From the NCBI GenBank assembly GCA_963801355.1, contig CAWDEM010000008.1, positions 1,120,001 to 1,184,000 on the forward strand: DNA of 64,000 bases. The letters are read 5' to 3'. Source of the stretch: Ignavibacteriota bacterium. Its GTDB lineage: Bacteria > Bacteroidota > Ignavibacteria > UBA10030 > UBA6906. The translations under genes were made by a program, and so were the position numbers. This document shows positions 18,867 through 29,808 of this stretch, piece by piece (the stretch's first letter is position 1; each line of letters opens with the position of its first letter). The notes beneath the pieces are model-generated. The model saw nothing but the letters and a program-made list of their open reading frames with translations. It did not search any database and was not told where the DNA came from.

Positions 18867-21800
18867 CTACTGGTGGGGGGTCCTGAGGTGATAGTGTGAA
18901 GGGATTGTGCCAAATTGCTTCTTGAAGCATTCGGCGAAATACGACGGGTTGTTGAAACCTACTTCGAGTGCGATTTCGGACATATTCCCAAACTTGCCTT
19001 CAATGAGTTCAGCGGCCCTGTTCAGCCGGGTCCTCTTGATCAGCTCGCTCGGCGGCTCACCGACCAATGCCTCGATCTTCTTCAAAAGCACCGATCTGCT
19101 CACCGCCATTTCCGCTGCAAGAGTCTCTACGCCGAAAGAAGCATCCGACATATGCGTGGCGATGACCGCGACAGTGTTTTGCAGAAATTTGCTGTCAAGA
19201 GACGTGATTTTTTCTTTTTCTATCTCAAATAGTCCATGCTTTCTGAAATGCTCATGAACTCTTTTCCGTTGTTCAATGAGATTCCCGATTCTCGCCTTGA
19301 GTTCCGCCGGCTCAAAAGGCTTCATGATGTAGTCATCCGCACCTATATGGAGCCCTTCAATCCTGTCCTGACTCGAAGCCTTCGCCGTCAGCAAGATGAC
19401 AGGAATGTGGCTTGTTCTTTCATCTCTTTTGAGTTTATCACAAAGTGCAAACCCATCCATCTTGGGCATCATGACATCGCTGACGATGACATCGGGGATG
19501 TGCTCAACGGACTTGTTCCAGCCATCTTCTCCATCAACGGCTTCCAGAACTGCATATTCCTCCTTCACATTGCCACGTATGTAGTATCTCACGTCAGTAT
19601 TGTCTTCGACTATCAATACCAGTGGCTTTCCTGTGTCAACGGGGACACCAGATTCAGGTTTCCCAGACTTCGTTTCTTCATTATCGATCACAGCCTCCGC
19701 GGGAAGTGAAGCCTGCATCCCCGCAAGGCCGCGGCTCTCATCACCTTCCTCCGGTTCGCATATCTCTTCCGGCTGCAAGTGTGCTTTCCCCAAAGGAAGA
19801 TGAATCGTAAAAGTTGTTCCTTTCCCTTCTGTACTTTCGACTTCGATTGTCCCCTTATGCAACTCAATCAACTCTTTTGTGAGTGACAGGCCAATACCAG
19901 TCCCTTCCTGAGCTCGTATTTGGCTTCCGTCAACCTGGTAGAAACGATTGAAAATGCTGGGGATCTTGTCAGCCGGAATCCCGATCCCCGTATCACGAAC
20001 GGCTACATTCACGTAGTGTTCGTCTCTTGTTATAGCAACGTCTATTCCCCCGCCGTCCGGGGTGAATTTGAACGCGTTTGAGAGTATGTTCGTAACGATC
20101 TTATCGATTTTCCCCTTGTCGACATAAACCGGTATGTCCTCTGCTTCTGCGTTGAACGTGAGCGCGATCCTCTTTCTTTCGGCGTATGAGCTGAATGACA
20201 GCGCCAGGGCCTTCAGTAACTGCACAATGTTCAGAGGAGCAGTCCGAAGCTTCATACTGCCCGATTCAAGTTTGGATATATCAAGCAACTGGTTCACGAG
20301 CCCGAGCAACTTGTGTGCGTGCTTCTGCACAAGCTGGAGGTCACCCCGGATCTTCTCGTCCTGTACGGCCTCAATGGCCTGTTCTACCGGCCCGAGTATC
20401 AACGTCAGCGGCGTTCGGAATTCGTGGGAGATGTTCGCGAAGAAGCGCGATTTCAATTCATCCACTTCGTGCAGCTTGTCTGGCTTCGAACCTGCTCATT
20501 TCGTATGCGTGTCCCATCCGTATGCTTTTTACTTGCATTTTCCAGGCAGCATACAGCAGGCTGAGAAGAAGTAGCGAAGCGAGGATATAGGCCCACGCAG
20601 TTTTCCACCAAGGAGGAGAAATGAATACTGCAATGGACGTGCCGGCCTCATTCCAGACGCCATCATTGTTTGATCCTTTCACTCTTAACGTATATTTGCC
20701 CGGCTCCAGTCCTGGATAGGACGCATAACGTCGGGTCCCTGAATACACCCAATCCTTATCCAAACCCTCCATTTTGTACGCATACTGATTTCTTTCCGGA
20801 CTTATGTAGCTTAACGCCGCGAACTCAAAGGCTATGAAATTCTCATCATACGGTAGACGCACATCACTGGTGAGAGGAGCCGGTTTATCGAATTTCTTGA
20901 ATGATGTTATGACGATCGGAGGTACAAACGGATTGTCTTTCACGCTGTCAGGATGAAACCGGGTGAGCCCCCCTGCCCCCCCGAAATACATCTCGCCGTT
21001 TCCTGTTTTGCACCCCTTTCCGAAGGATATATCGGCCGTTGGTTCCAGGCCGTATGAGACGTCGTAATGTTTGACCTGATGAGTTTCAGGATTAAGCTTG
21101 GAAATCCCCTTGTTGCTGCTGATCCACAAACACCCATGATCATCCTCCAGAATGCCAAGTATGTCAGTGCTCGGCAAACCGTCCTTTTCGTAAAAGCGAA
21201 TGAAGCTGTTCGTTGAACGGTCAAATCTATTGAGGCCGTTGTTTGTAACGAACCATAGCCTTCTCTTTGTATCCTCATAGATCTCATGAATCTGTTTTCC
21301 ACTTATGGTTCCAGGATTGCCGGGTTCAGAAACAAATTCGACGATCGTGTCCCGGTCTTGATTGTAGCAGAATAGCTTTCCCATGTAGGTGGCAATCCAG
21401 ACCAAGCCAGTGGCATCTTCGTAGATGTACCGTATTCGCAGTTTCACATTCTTGACTTCTGTTAGCGATCTTGATTTAGGATCAATGAACCAGAGATTAC
21501 CAGAGCGAGTCCCAATCCAGAACCCTTTACTGCTTTTCCACGTGACGGAAACCGATCTCACGACATCTCGCGAGTACGGACCCCACACGTGTCTCACGCC
21601 AAGACTATCTATCGTAGAGAGAATCCCTCCCTCTGAGTAAAGCAGTACATCACCTCCTGAGTTGTACACAAACAATACGGAATCCTTGCCAAATGAACAT
21701 GGAACCAACTCCTCTTTTTGTATGTCGAATTTCTTGTATCTCTTGGATGTGAAGAGCCAGAGTATTCCTTCTCTCCCGCTCTTGACTACATAGACTATGT

Positions 21801-22860
21801 CATTCATTGGATACTTTTTGAAGGGCTGCTTTGACCGGTTAAGCTTTTGAATGTACGTATCTGTTCCGGCCCAGAATGTTCCGGATCGCTCGCTGCATAC
21901 AGCGTTTGTTCGATACTCATATTGAGCAAATGCTCTGGATTGTCTGTCAAAGGAAAGAAGTACTCTGCCGGTTGCCGCCCAGAGAGAACCAGTCATGACA
22001 TCCTGGCAAATTGAATAGATGCGATTATGTAGCCCCTTGGGATTATGGCGATAGTGTGAGAAAGTGCCTTCCTTAGGATTGAATTCCACTAAGCCTTCCT
22101 CCGTCCCCAGCCAGAGCGCGCCGTTGTTATCTTCACACAGTGAGTTGATCCAGTATTGCGAACCAGTAGTGTCCCGTGGCGCATGCTGTTTGCCCGAGTC
22201 ATACCAACAGTGGACAAACTTTGCTGTCGCGAAATCATACCTATCGAGCCCTCCACCAGTGGCAAACCAGAGCGATCCTTCCTTGTCTTCGTAGATGGCA
22301 TTGACCGAGTTGTGTGCGATGCTGCCGGGATCTGTGCTGTCATGTCGCAGTGATGAGAAGGTCCCTGTCGTTCTGTCGAACTGGCACAAACCCCATTCAG
22401 TCCCGACCCAGAGTATTCCACGCTTGTCTTCACAAATTGCCCCAACATAGTTAGTCGCACCTTCAACGGCACCGGATGGGTTGGGTGCATAATGCATGAA
22501 CGTGCCCGTCGTGCGATCGAATCTCTCAAGGCCAGAAGAACTCCCTATCCACAATACTCCGGCTTTGTCCTCATACAGGGTGGATATTCTATTGTCTGCT
22601 ATGCTGGTACTATCATCAAAGTCGTGCTTGTAAGACACAAAGCTGTACCCGTCATATCGATATAGGCCACCATACGTACCAAACCACAAATAGCCTGTTC
22701 CGTCTTGAAGAATGCACATTACGGCAGTGGGCATGCCATGCTCCACAGACAGCGTCTCAAAGGCAAGGTTCTGTTGCTGTGAGTACACGAAGGCTGAGGG
22801 AATTGCCAGGACAAGGGATAGGAGGATCAATATCTTCAGCAGGGAAGAACTCTCAGGCAT
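18867..22860 (-). pseudogene. Hybrid two-component sensor/regulator (Reg_prop, Y_Y_Y, TM, HisKA, HATPase, REC, AraC) split by one frameshift
   Basis: The sensor half ends ...MSRFEA; the kinase half reads DKLHEVDELKSRFFANISHEFRTPLT in another frame. One extra base near 20481. Confidence 0.85.
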
Positions 22861-22951
22861 GAGCTTGACCCAGAGACAATGACTTCCATAAAAAAATGCA
22901 GCCGTCAACTGATATGCACATCGTACCGACGTCGGCAGAGGCCGTTTCCGG

Positions 22952-23887
22952 TCACGACAACAGCGCACCCTCTTTCCATCCCAGGTGCACCAAATCAATG
23001 CGCTTCAGATCAGAAACCCCAAGGCCGTGCCTCGTCTCGGCCATCTGGATGTGCTTTGTAGGTGTGACCGCCTTGTCCTCCCCAAAGTGGTCGATGCGCT
23101 TGAGGCGGAGCAGCTCCGCGCCCAGGGCATCCACAGCCACCGGGTCCTTCGAAGCGAAAATCCCGCAGTAGTCCCACTGATATCGGGGATCGAAGGCGTG
23201 TGGTCCCCGACCGTAGAAGAGCGGCTTGAGCGCCAGGAGGATATTGAGGCGTGTTTTCCCCTTCAATATGGGGAGGTTCCAGATGGCCCCGAGGTCGGCA
23301 CAGGAATCTGCGTGGTAGTCTGAGGGATTCTTCACGAACATGATATGGTTCTTGATGCACCCTCCGATGCCGGACCAATGATGGGTCCTCACCGGACGTA
23401 TGTTCAGGATGGCCGTGCGGTCGGCAAGCAGCGTGCGTGCCTCGCGGTCCGTGACCGGGATGTCCGCTTCAGGGTTCACACACGCAGCCAGCCTCCTTTT
23501 GAGCAGCATGCTAAGGTCAGGAGGCGTATCCAGGTACCCGTAGACGTTGGTTTTGATTCCTACCAGGTCGTGGGGGCCGAAGAGCTGTCCCCACGCGTCT
23601 TCAGGTTTCTTCGTGCCGAGCAGTTCGCACAACGCCTGATCAATCATGGAGGCAGCCACCGCTGCATTTACGGCACCATCCGTGGTGATCACGTTCTTGT
23701 CGCGGATGAGGACCACCTTGGCCCGGGGCTTCACCGCAGGACCTGCTTGATCCTCCTTCCCCGCTTGCTTGACCTCCTGCCGGGTTTGTGCCGCTGAGAG
23801 ACTCTGTCCAAGGGCCACACCTGTTGCGGCAAGCGCCGTCTCTATCAGGAATTCCCTGCGTGAGGATATTTTGTCTTTCCTGCTCAT
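22952..23887 (-). CDS. DUF362-domain protein with Tat signal
   Basis: SRREFL twin-arginine signal; VGIKTN, RTHHWSGIGGCIKN and DPVAVD motifs. Confidence 0.8.
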   Translation of the reverse strand: MSRKDKISSRREFLIETALAATGVALGQSLSAAQTRQEVKQAGKEDQAGPAVKPRAKVVLIRDKNVITTDGAVNAAVAASMIDQALCELLGTKKPEDAWGQLFGPHDLVGIKTNVYGYLDTPPDLSMLLKRRLAACVNPEADIPVTDREARTLLADRTAILNIRPVRTHHWSGIGGCIKNHIMFVKNPSDYHADSCADLGAIWNLPILKGKTRLNILLALKPLFYGRGPHAFDPRYQWDYCGIFASKDPVAVDALGAELLRLKRIDHFGEDKAVTPTKHIQMAETRHGLGVSDLKRIDLVHLGWKEGALLS

Positions 23888-24789
23888 CGAGAGATCTCCA
23901 TCAGTTTGAGTGTGATTTGTTCAAAGTGTTTCCGAACGCTGGCTTCATCCGGGGCGTCAAGGATCAAAACCCCGTGGTTGCCGAGAGCAGCAACCAGGTT
24001 CCAGCCGGTGTCACACCGGAACGCTTCTGCCGGCATGTGCGATTGCCCACAGCGGAGCTTGAGATAGGATCCCACCCCTATTCTGGCGGCCTCCTCGTCG
24101 GGGAACAGCACAACGAGAATGCGCTCCGGATTCCCGGGATTCCCGTAACGGCCCATCACTGTAGGCGCGTGCTGTGGAAGTCCAAGAGGGTTGTCAAAGA
24201 GCGTGGGTTCGAGATTTCTGAGCGTCAGTGGTGAAAGAACATAACGCTCACTGAGCGGGCGCAATCCCTCTTTGGGCAGAACACCATGCAGGTAGGGATG
24301 GCTGGCATCCGGACCCAGGTGGGTTGCCAGGTCTTTTCCCAATGCGAGGACTGCATCGCGGGATGCAGGGGTTTCCTGTTCCGATTGAACGAAGACGAAG
24401 TATCGCCCCCGCCAGAATCTCAGCATCCCTCCACCATATTCGGAATCCTGCCCAACGCCCGCGTCGGCATCGAGGCGCTCGTAGGTGAAGACACCGAAAG
24501 CACCTGCGGGTTCTTCCATTTCGAAGATGCTCATTTCGATGGAGGGTTCACTGGGACTGGTGTATCTCACGGCACGAACACTTTTCATCCCGTAGGCCAG
24601 GTACACCTCGGCCCCACCGTCCATATAGTCGAACACCGTCTGCCGGTCGTAGGTGAAAGGTTTCCCTTCGGCATGCCATTTCCCAATCGAACCGGGAATG
24701 GCTTCGTTCTGTAGTACATCCTGGGCCTGGGCTGATATGCAGGAGCCCTGGGTCAGGATGAGTGGGATCAGATAATGTGCATGACGCAT
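23884..24789 (-). CDS. Hypothetical exported protein (DUF6599-like)
   Basis: 'YDRQTVFDYMDGGAEVYLAYG...AFGVF' pattern; 4-bp overlap with the DUF362 gene. Confidence 0.6.
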   Translation of the reverse strand: MRHAHYLIPLILTQGSCISAQAQDVLQNEAIPGSIGKWHAEGKPFTYDRQTVFDYMDGGAEVYLAYGMKSVRAVRYTSPSEPSIEMSIFEMEEPAGAFGVFTYERLDADAGVGQDSEYGGGMLRFWRGRYFVFVQSEQETPASRDAVLALGKDLATHLGPDASHPYLHGVLPKEGLRPLSERYVLSPLTLRNLEPTLFDNPLGLPQHAPTVMGRYGNPGNPERILVVLFPDEEAARIGVGSYLKLRCGQSHMPAEAFRCDTGWNLVAALGNHGVLILDAPDEASVRKHFEQITLKLMEISR

Positions 24790-24950
24790 ATTGGCAACTC
24801 CGGTCACATTACGAATCACGCTTCCAGTCTGCCAAGTAGGGAGTGCGGACAAAGAGGCATTTCATTCTGGGAATATAACGAGAGCGCATTCGACAAACAA
24901 ATGGTAGCAGGAGTGACTGGCAATGACAAACCCCGGGGCCTGAAGGGGTC

Positions 24951-27713
24951 CTACTGCATCTTTAGTACCACGAATGTCACATCATCCATCTGCGGGCGAC
25001 CGCCGGCCCAGTCTTTCATTCTTTCCATGAGATGCCTGATAATTTCCTGAGGGTTCTGGTCTGCAACCTCTTTGAACGATTCGACCGTCCTTGGTTCATC
25101 GAGTGTCTCATCGTTTGCGTTGAACATCTCAAGGAAACCATCACTCATGAGCAGCATCACATCTCCTGAACCGAGGGTTGTTTCCTTCGTCTGATATGGA
25201 AAATCCGTAAACCCTCCGAGCGGCATCCCTTTCATGACAAGTTGTTCCACCTCACCTGTTGATGACCTGAAGATGAGTACCGGCGGCATTCCAGCCGATG
25301 AGGCTGTTACCGTATGATCCTTTACCCGCAGCAAGAGCAAGGCCATATAGAGCTGCCCAAGATTCATTCGCTTGAATGCCCTGGTGAATCTTTCAAAGAT
25401 GGTTTGAAAACTGGAGAGGTGTGCGAACTCATGGAAAAGGCCTTTCGTCACCGACACCATCGTTCCTGCCTTTGCCCCATGACCCGTTGCATCGCCGAGT
25501 GCTATGGTCAGGGTCCCGTCCTCGCCAAGGTGAAAGTCATAGTAGTCGCCGCCAACCTCCGTTGCTGTTTCCATTTTCACCGCTATCTCGACGTGCGGTA
25601 TTCGCGGAATTTCCTTCGGCAGCATGGAAAGTTGCACCTGCCGCGCCTCCTCAAGTTCTCTGGTTTTGCGCGCATTATCCGCTTCCAGCATGCGCCGAGC
25701 AAGCTCTTCTTCTTTCGCAAGCCGCTCAGTCTCGATCGCTTTGCGGGAAAGGTCACGAACCTGTATCAGCTGTTCCTCGAGGTTCTTGCTTGTTCTGGCA
25801 AAGTTGCGGGACATGTCGATTGAAAAACAAACACTCATCACCAGCGTGCCGACGATGACAATACCAACGCCCGACAATGGCGAAAGGATGGACAGTTGAA
25901 TCGCCACCTGCCAGACGAGACTCAACATGAACACCGCGAACCCCAGTGCAGCAATCCATTTGTCGCGCCAGCGTTGTCGTCCGGCAACAACAAAGACCCT
26001 GAAAGTCTCGAGTGTCGCCGCGCCGATGAGCACGTACACAATGTAGACGCCTTTCATCCCACCAGGGGGAACAAATAATGCGAATATGGCAAGCACAGCA
26101 CATGTCGCGGCAATGACATAGCCGGTTTTCGGAATCCTAGAGAGGAACCGGGTATAGATCGTCAGCAAACCAAAGACGATTGCGCAACTCAGGAGAGCAA
26201 CTGTTCCCTTTGCGGAATTTAGAAAACCTTCAACAGAAGGGGTAAAGGCACTCTGGAACGACAACCATATGAAGCCCCCCCAGGAGAACATGAAGAGAGC
26301 GAAATAGAGGTTCTCCCTTGGACGCGGCAGAAACAGAAAAAGCAAAAGGTGCAGGACGCCGAGAACGAGCGCAATAACAGGAAAGACAATCTGGGTTACC
26401 GTCATTGTTCTGATTTCTTCAGCCCGCTGTTGAATCATCCCATTGAGATCGCTGGTAAGGATACACGCAAACCCTGCGTCGCCTCCCATGTTAATAAGAT
26501 CGTCCGTGTTGGCATTCGAATAGCGGATGGCGAGAAGATGGTCCCGTCCCTGCCGGAAGACGAGGACCCTCGGGTTGCGTTCGATGAACGATTGCTCCGC
26601 AGTTCCGGCAACGGCCACATCGCCGAAAGCATAGAGCAGGGTTCCATCAAGGTAGACTTCGCAGGCGCCCCCGTGATTGACAATCAAGCCAAGGGGCACA
26701 CTCCAAAGCGAGGAATCCACAACGATGCGCTCACGAAACCATCCAATCCCGCTCCACTTGCTTTCTGGCTTCTGTTCCCTCGTGAGCCGGGCATATGTGA
26801 TTTCCCAGGAGCGATCATCAAACGACGGGTTTGCCCATTCAAGGTCGTCACCGGGGTGGTAACGCCAGTTTTCAATTGTGATTGGAAATTCCGGGCGATA
26901 CTCGAACGCCGGGGCGGACAGAAATGTCCTGGCCCTGCAATCGGATGTATCGATGGCATTTCTTCGGATGAACTTCATCATGTGGTTTGGGGCAAATGCG
27001 ACGGTCCCCAACAGTTGTGGGACGAGCCACACATTATCCGCCATTCCAGCGGACCATTGGATTGTCCCATCACGCTCCATGGCACCGAATATCTTCGATA
27101 CCCCGTCATTGTCATGGAAGCTTACGGCAAAACCGAAGCTTTCACCGACGCCGACATGAACGGCACGGCCTCTGCACGCAATCAATTCCCACTCCAGACG
27201 CAGTTCGAGGGCGTATCCGTCACGCGTTGGCCGGCGGGCATAGTTTCCCGGCAAGGTCGCTTTTCGCGAAAGGAGAGAGTCTCGTTCAGGATAAAGGTTG
27301 TCAACACCCAGAATGTTGGAGGCATCGGCACTGTCCAGAGCAGTCAAGCGGGCATTCACGATTCCGATGAGAGGCTTCGTTGCAGGATCAGGATCGAACT
27401 TCAGTTCGATGCAATCGTTCCACGGCCGGACAATGCTTCCGACATGAACGACGTCATCTTTCACTTCAGCATAGAGGTAGAAGTACTTCTCGTCCCATGC
27501 AGCCCACACATCAGCCGAGAGGTCGGAATCACCATCAGGCTTAGGTCCACTGAGCGAAATGAAATCCAAATGAGAGAGATGGATGTAGCTCTCAGTCGGC
27601 GTGTTAAGGCCGGAATACCATGCATCCTTGCGAGCGTCAATTGCTATTGAGAACTGAGCAACAATTGCGTTGCACGACAGAATTTGGAGCAAGACCAAGA
27701 GTCTGAGAGACAT
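24951..27713 (-). CDS. Membrane-bound SpoIIE/PP2C phosphatase with CBM9-like and sugar-binding extracellular domains and a 7TM region
   Basis: AWDEKYFYLYAEVKDD (CBM9/DOMON-like), WRYHPGDD...GIGWFR, multiple TM helices, EVGGDYYDF, GDATGHG, SDG and DDVT. Confidence 0.88.
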   Translation of the reverse strand: MSLRLLVLLQILSCNAIVAQFSIAIDARKDAWYSGLNTPTESYIHLSHLDFISLSGPKPDGDSDLSADVWAAWDEKYFYLYAEVKDDVVHVGSIVRPWNDCIELKFDPDPATKPLIGIVNARLTALDSADASNILGVDNLYPERDSLLSRKATLPGNYARRPTRDGYALELRLEWELIACRGRAVHVGVGESFGFAVSFHDNDGVSKIFGAMERDGTIQWSAGMADNVWLVPQLLGTVAFAPNHMMKFIRRNAIDTSDCRARTFLSAPAFEYRPEFPITIENWRYHPGDDLEWANPSFDDRSWEITYARLTREQKPESKWSGIGWFRERIVVDSSLWSVPLGLIVNHGGACEVYLDGTLLYAFGDVAVAGTAEQSFIERNPRVLVFRQGRDHLLAIRYSNANTDDLINMGGDAGFACILTSDLNGMIQQRAEEIRTMTVTQIVFPVIALVLGVLHLLLFLFLPRPRENLYFALFMFSWGGFIWLSFQSAFTPSVEGFLNSAKGTVALLSCAIVFGLLTIYTRFLSRIPKTGYVIAATCAVLAIFALFVPPGGMKGVYIVYVLIGAATLETFRVFVVAGRQRWRDKWIAALGFAVFMLSLVWQVAIQLSILSPLSGVGIVIVGTLVMSVCFSIDMSRNFARTSKNLEEQLIQVRDLSRKAIETERLAKEEELARRMLEADNARKTRELEEARQVQLSMLPKEIPRIPHVEIAVKMETATEVGGDYYDFHLGEDGTLTIALGDATGHGAKAGTMVSVTKGLFHEFAHLSSFQTIFERFTRAFKRMNLGQLYMALLLLRVKDHTVTASSAGMPPVLIFRSSTGEVEQLVMKGMPLGGFTDFPYQTKETTLGSGDVMLLMSDGFLEMFNANDETLDEPRTVESFKEVADQNPQEIIRHLMERMKDWAGGRPQMDDVTFVVLKMQ

Positions 27714-28275
27714 CCTCGTACCTCCTTGGTTCCGGATCGGAGCGTTCGGACCAGAGTGACATGTAGGCGACCACCATCATTATGGCATCAAAAACCTCTT
27801 CTTGACTGGTCGCCCCCCACATGTGATGCAGGAATTGCTGCCCCTACTTGTCATACGTGCCAGGATGGCAGAAGATTCTCAGAACCTGGTAATCTCGGGA
27901 AACCGCATATTCCTTATCCGGCTGGCGGTTTCGCGCATTGGGCCAGCTGTAAGGGCCACATGCAAAGGCCCGAGCAAAAAGGCCCTTTGACAAGGGAATG
28001 TGTGACAAGGGAATGGATTGATGGTTTGACAATCCCCCCGTGAAGCCCTATCTTTGCTGCGGACCATCTCTCGGCAAAGCCTCTGTTTCAATTCCTTCCA
28101 GCATCTCCCAGGGGCTTTGTGGATTCTCGAGATGGCCCTGCACCTTGATTTTAGGAGATCTCTCCGTGGTCCGCGAGTCTGTTGTCCGCAATCGATTCTT
28201 CTCGCGGATACTAACCCCCGTAAACGCAGGCTTCTTCTTTACACACTCACCCGAACACCCAACAAGGAGGAAGAG

Positions 28276-29808
28276 ATGAGACCACAACCGAGGGTCTTCA
28301 TCCGATTGGCATATGTTCTTGCCGCCTTTCTTTTGGCGACAGGCTTGCTCGCTGCTCAGACATTCGACGCCATCAAGGGTCAGGTGAAGGAACACATACT
28401 TCCCAACGGCATGAAGTTTCTTGTGCTGGAGCGGCCAGAGGCGCCGGTGGTTTCGTTCCACACCTACGCAGACGTCGGATCATCGAACGAATCGTACGGT
28501 ATCACCGGTATTTCCCACCTGCTGGAGCATCTGGCCTTCAAGGGAACGAAGGTCGTAGGGACGAAGGATTATGCTGCAGAGCAGAAACTCATGGATCAGA
28601 TAGACCGTGTCTATCAGCAGCTCGTGCGGGAACAAACTTCAGTCAAACCGGACAGTGCAAAGATAGTGACGCTGCAGGCGGAGTTCGACAGACTCGGCAA
28701 AGAAGCTCAGGGGCTCGTGGTCGTAGATCAATACAGCGACATGTTGAGGGAGCAGGGCGGCCCCATGATCAATGCGTATACAAGCAACGATGCCACACAG
28801 TACATCAGCAGCCTTCCATCCAACAAGCTGGAATTCTGGATGGCGATGGAATCCGATCGATGGATGAACCCGGTCTTCCGGGAGTTTTACAAAGAACGCA
28901 ATGTCGTCATGGAGGAGCGGCGGCTCGGAGTGGAGACACAGCCGACCGGGAAGCTGGTCGAGGATTTCTTGGCCGTCGCATTCAAGGCACATCCTTACCA
29001 CCACGAAGTGATCGGGCATATGTCCGATCTCCAACGTATCAATCGAGCGGACGTCACAAGCTATTTCCAGAAATTCTACGGACCCAGCAACTTGACTGTG
29101 GCGATTGTCGGGGACGTCAAAGCTGATGAGGTTTTCAGGTTGGCGGATACGTATTTCTCGCGTATCCCCACTGCACCGAAACCTGAGCCCCTGCGGACGA
29201 CTGAGCCCGAGCAGTGGGGTGAAAGGCGTGTGACCGTGGAGGCAATGTCCCAACCGTGGCTGGTGATAGGCTACCACCGCCCGGATATCAACAGCAAGGA
29301 CGATGCTGCGCTGGACGCTATGGCCAACATCCTCGGCCGCGGGCGATCCTCGCGCCTCTACACGAATCTGGTCAAGAACCGGAAGCTCGCCGTCAGTGTC
29401 TCCGCTGGGAATGGATGGCCGGGCAATAAGTACTCCAGTCTCTTTGTGGTCTTCGCCGTGCCTTCCATGGGTCACACGGCAGCTGAGTGCCAGAAGGCTA
29501 TCGAAGCCGAATTGGAAAAAATCAAAACGGAACCGGTGACGGAACAGGAGCTGGCAAAGTACAAACGCTTCACGAGGAAGTATCTGATCGATGGCATGAA
29601 GATGAACAGCAGGATGGCTGCATCCCTTACATTCAACGATGTGATCCGCGGCGACTGGCGAAAAGCATTCGAAATCATCAAAGTTGTCGACTCGGTGACC
29701 ATACCGGACATTCAGGCTGTCGCACAAAAGTATCTGGTCGAGAAGCATCGCACGATCGGGGAAGTCAAACCTGAACCGAAGCCCGAAGAGGGAGGAAAAC
29801 AACAATGA
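28276..29808 (+). CDS. M16 (pitrilysin-family) zinc peptidase, catalytic subunit
   Basis: HLLEH inverted zinc motif, NAYTS, ERNVVMEERR; signal peptide; AGGAGG RBS. Confidence 0.92.
   Translation: MRPQPRVFIRLAYVLAAFLLATGLLAAQTFDAIKGQVKEHILPNGMKFLVLERPEAPVVSFHTYADVGSSNESYGITGISHLLEHLAFKGTKVVGTKDYAAEQKLMDQIDRVYQQLVREQTSVKPDSAKIVTLQAEFDRLGKEAQGLVVVDQYSDMLREQGGPMINAYTSNDATQYISSLPSNKLEFWMAMESDRWMNPVFREFYKERNVVMEERRLGVETQPTGKLVEDFLAVAFKAHPYHHEVIGHMSDLQRINRADVTSYFQKFYGPSNLTVAIVGDVKADEVFRLADTYFSRIPTAPKPEPLRTTEPEQWGERRVTVEAMSQPWLVIGYHRPDINSKDDAALDAMANILGRGRSSRLYTNLVKNRKLAVSVSAGNGWPGNKYSSLFVVFAVPSMGHTAAECQKAIEAELEKIKTEPVTEQELAKYKRFTRKYLIDGMKMNSRMAASLTFNDVIRGDWRKAFEIIKVVDSVTIPDIQAVAQKYLVEKHRTIGEVKPEPKPEEGGKQQ

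Noticed and set aside
7860-20500. Programmed ribosomal frameshifting or phase variation at the two split genes
   Set aside because: Neither junction has a slippery heptamer, homopolymer or simple-sequence tract.
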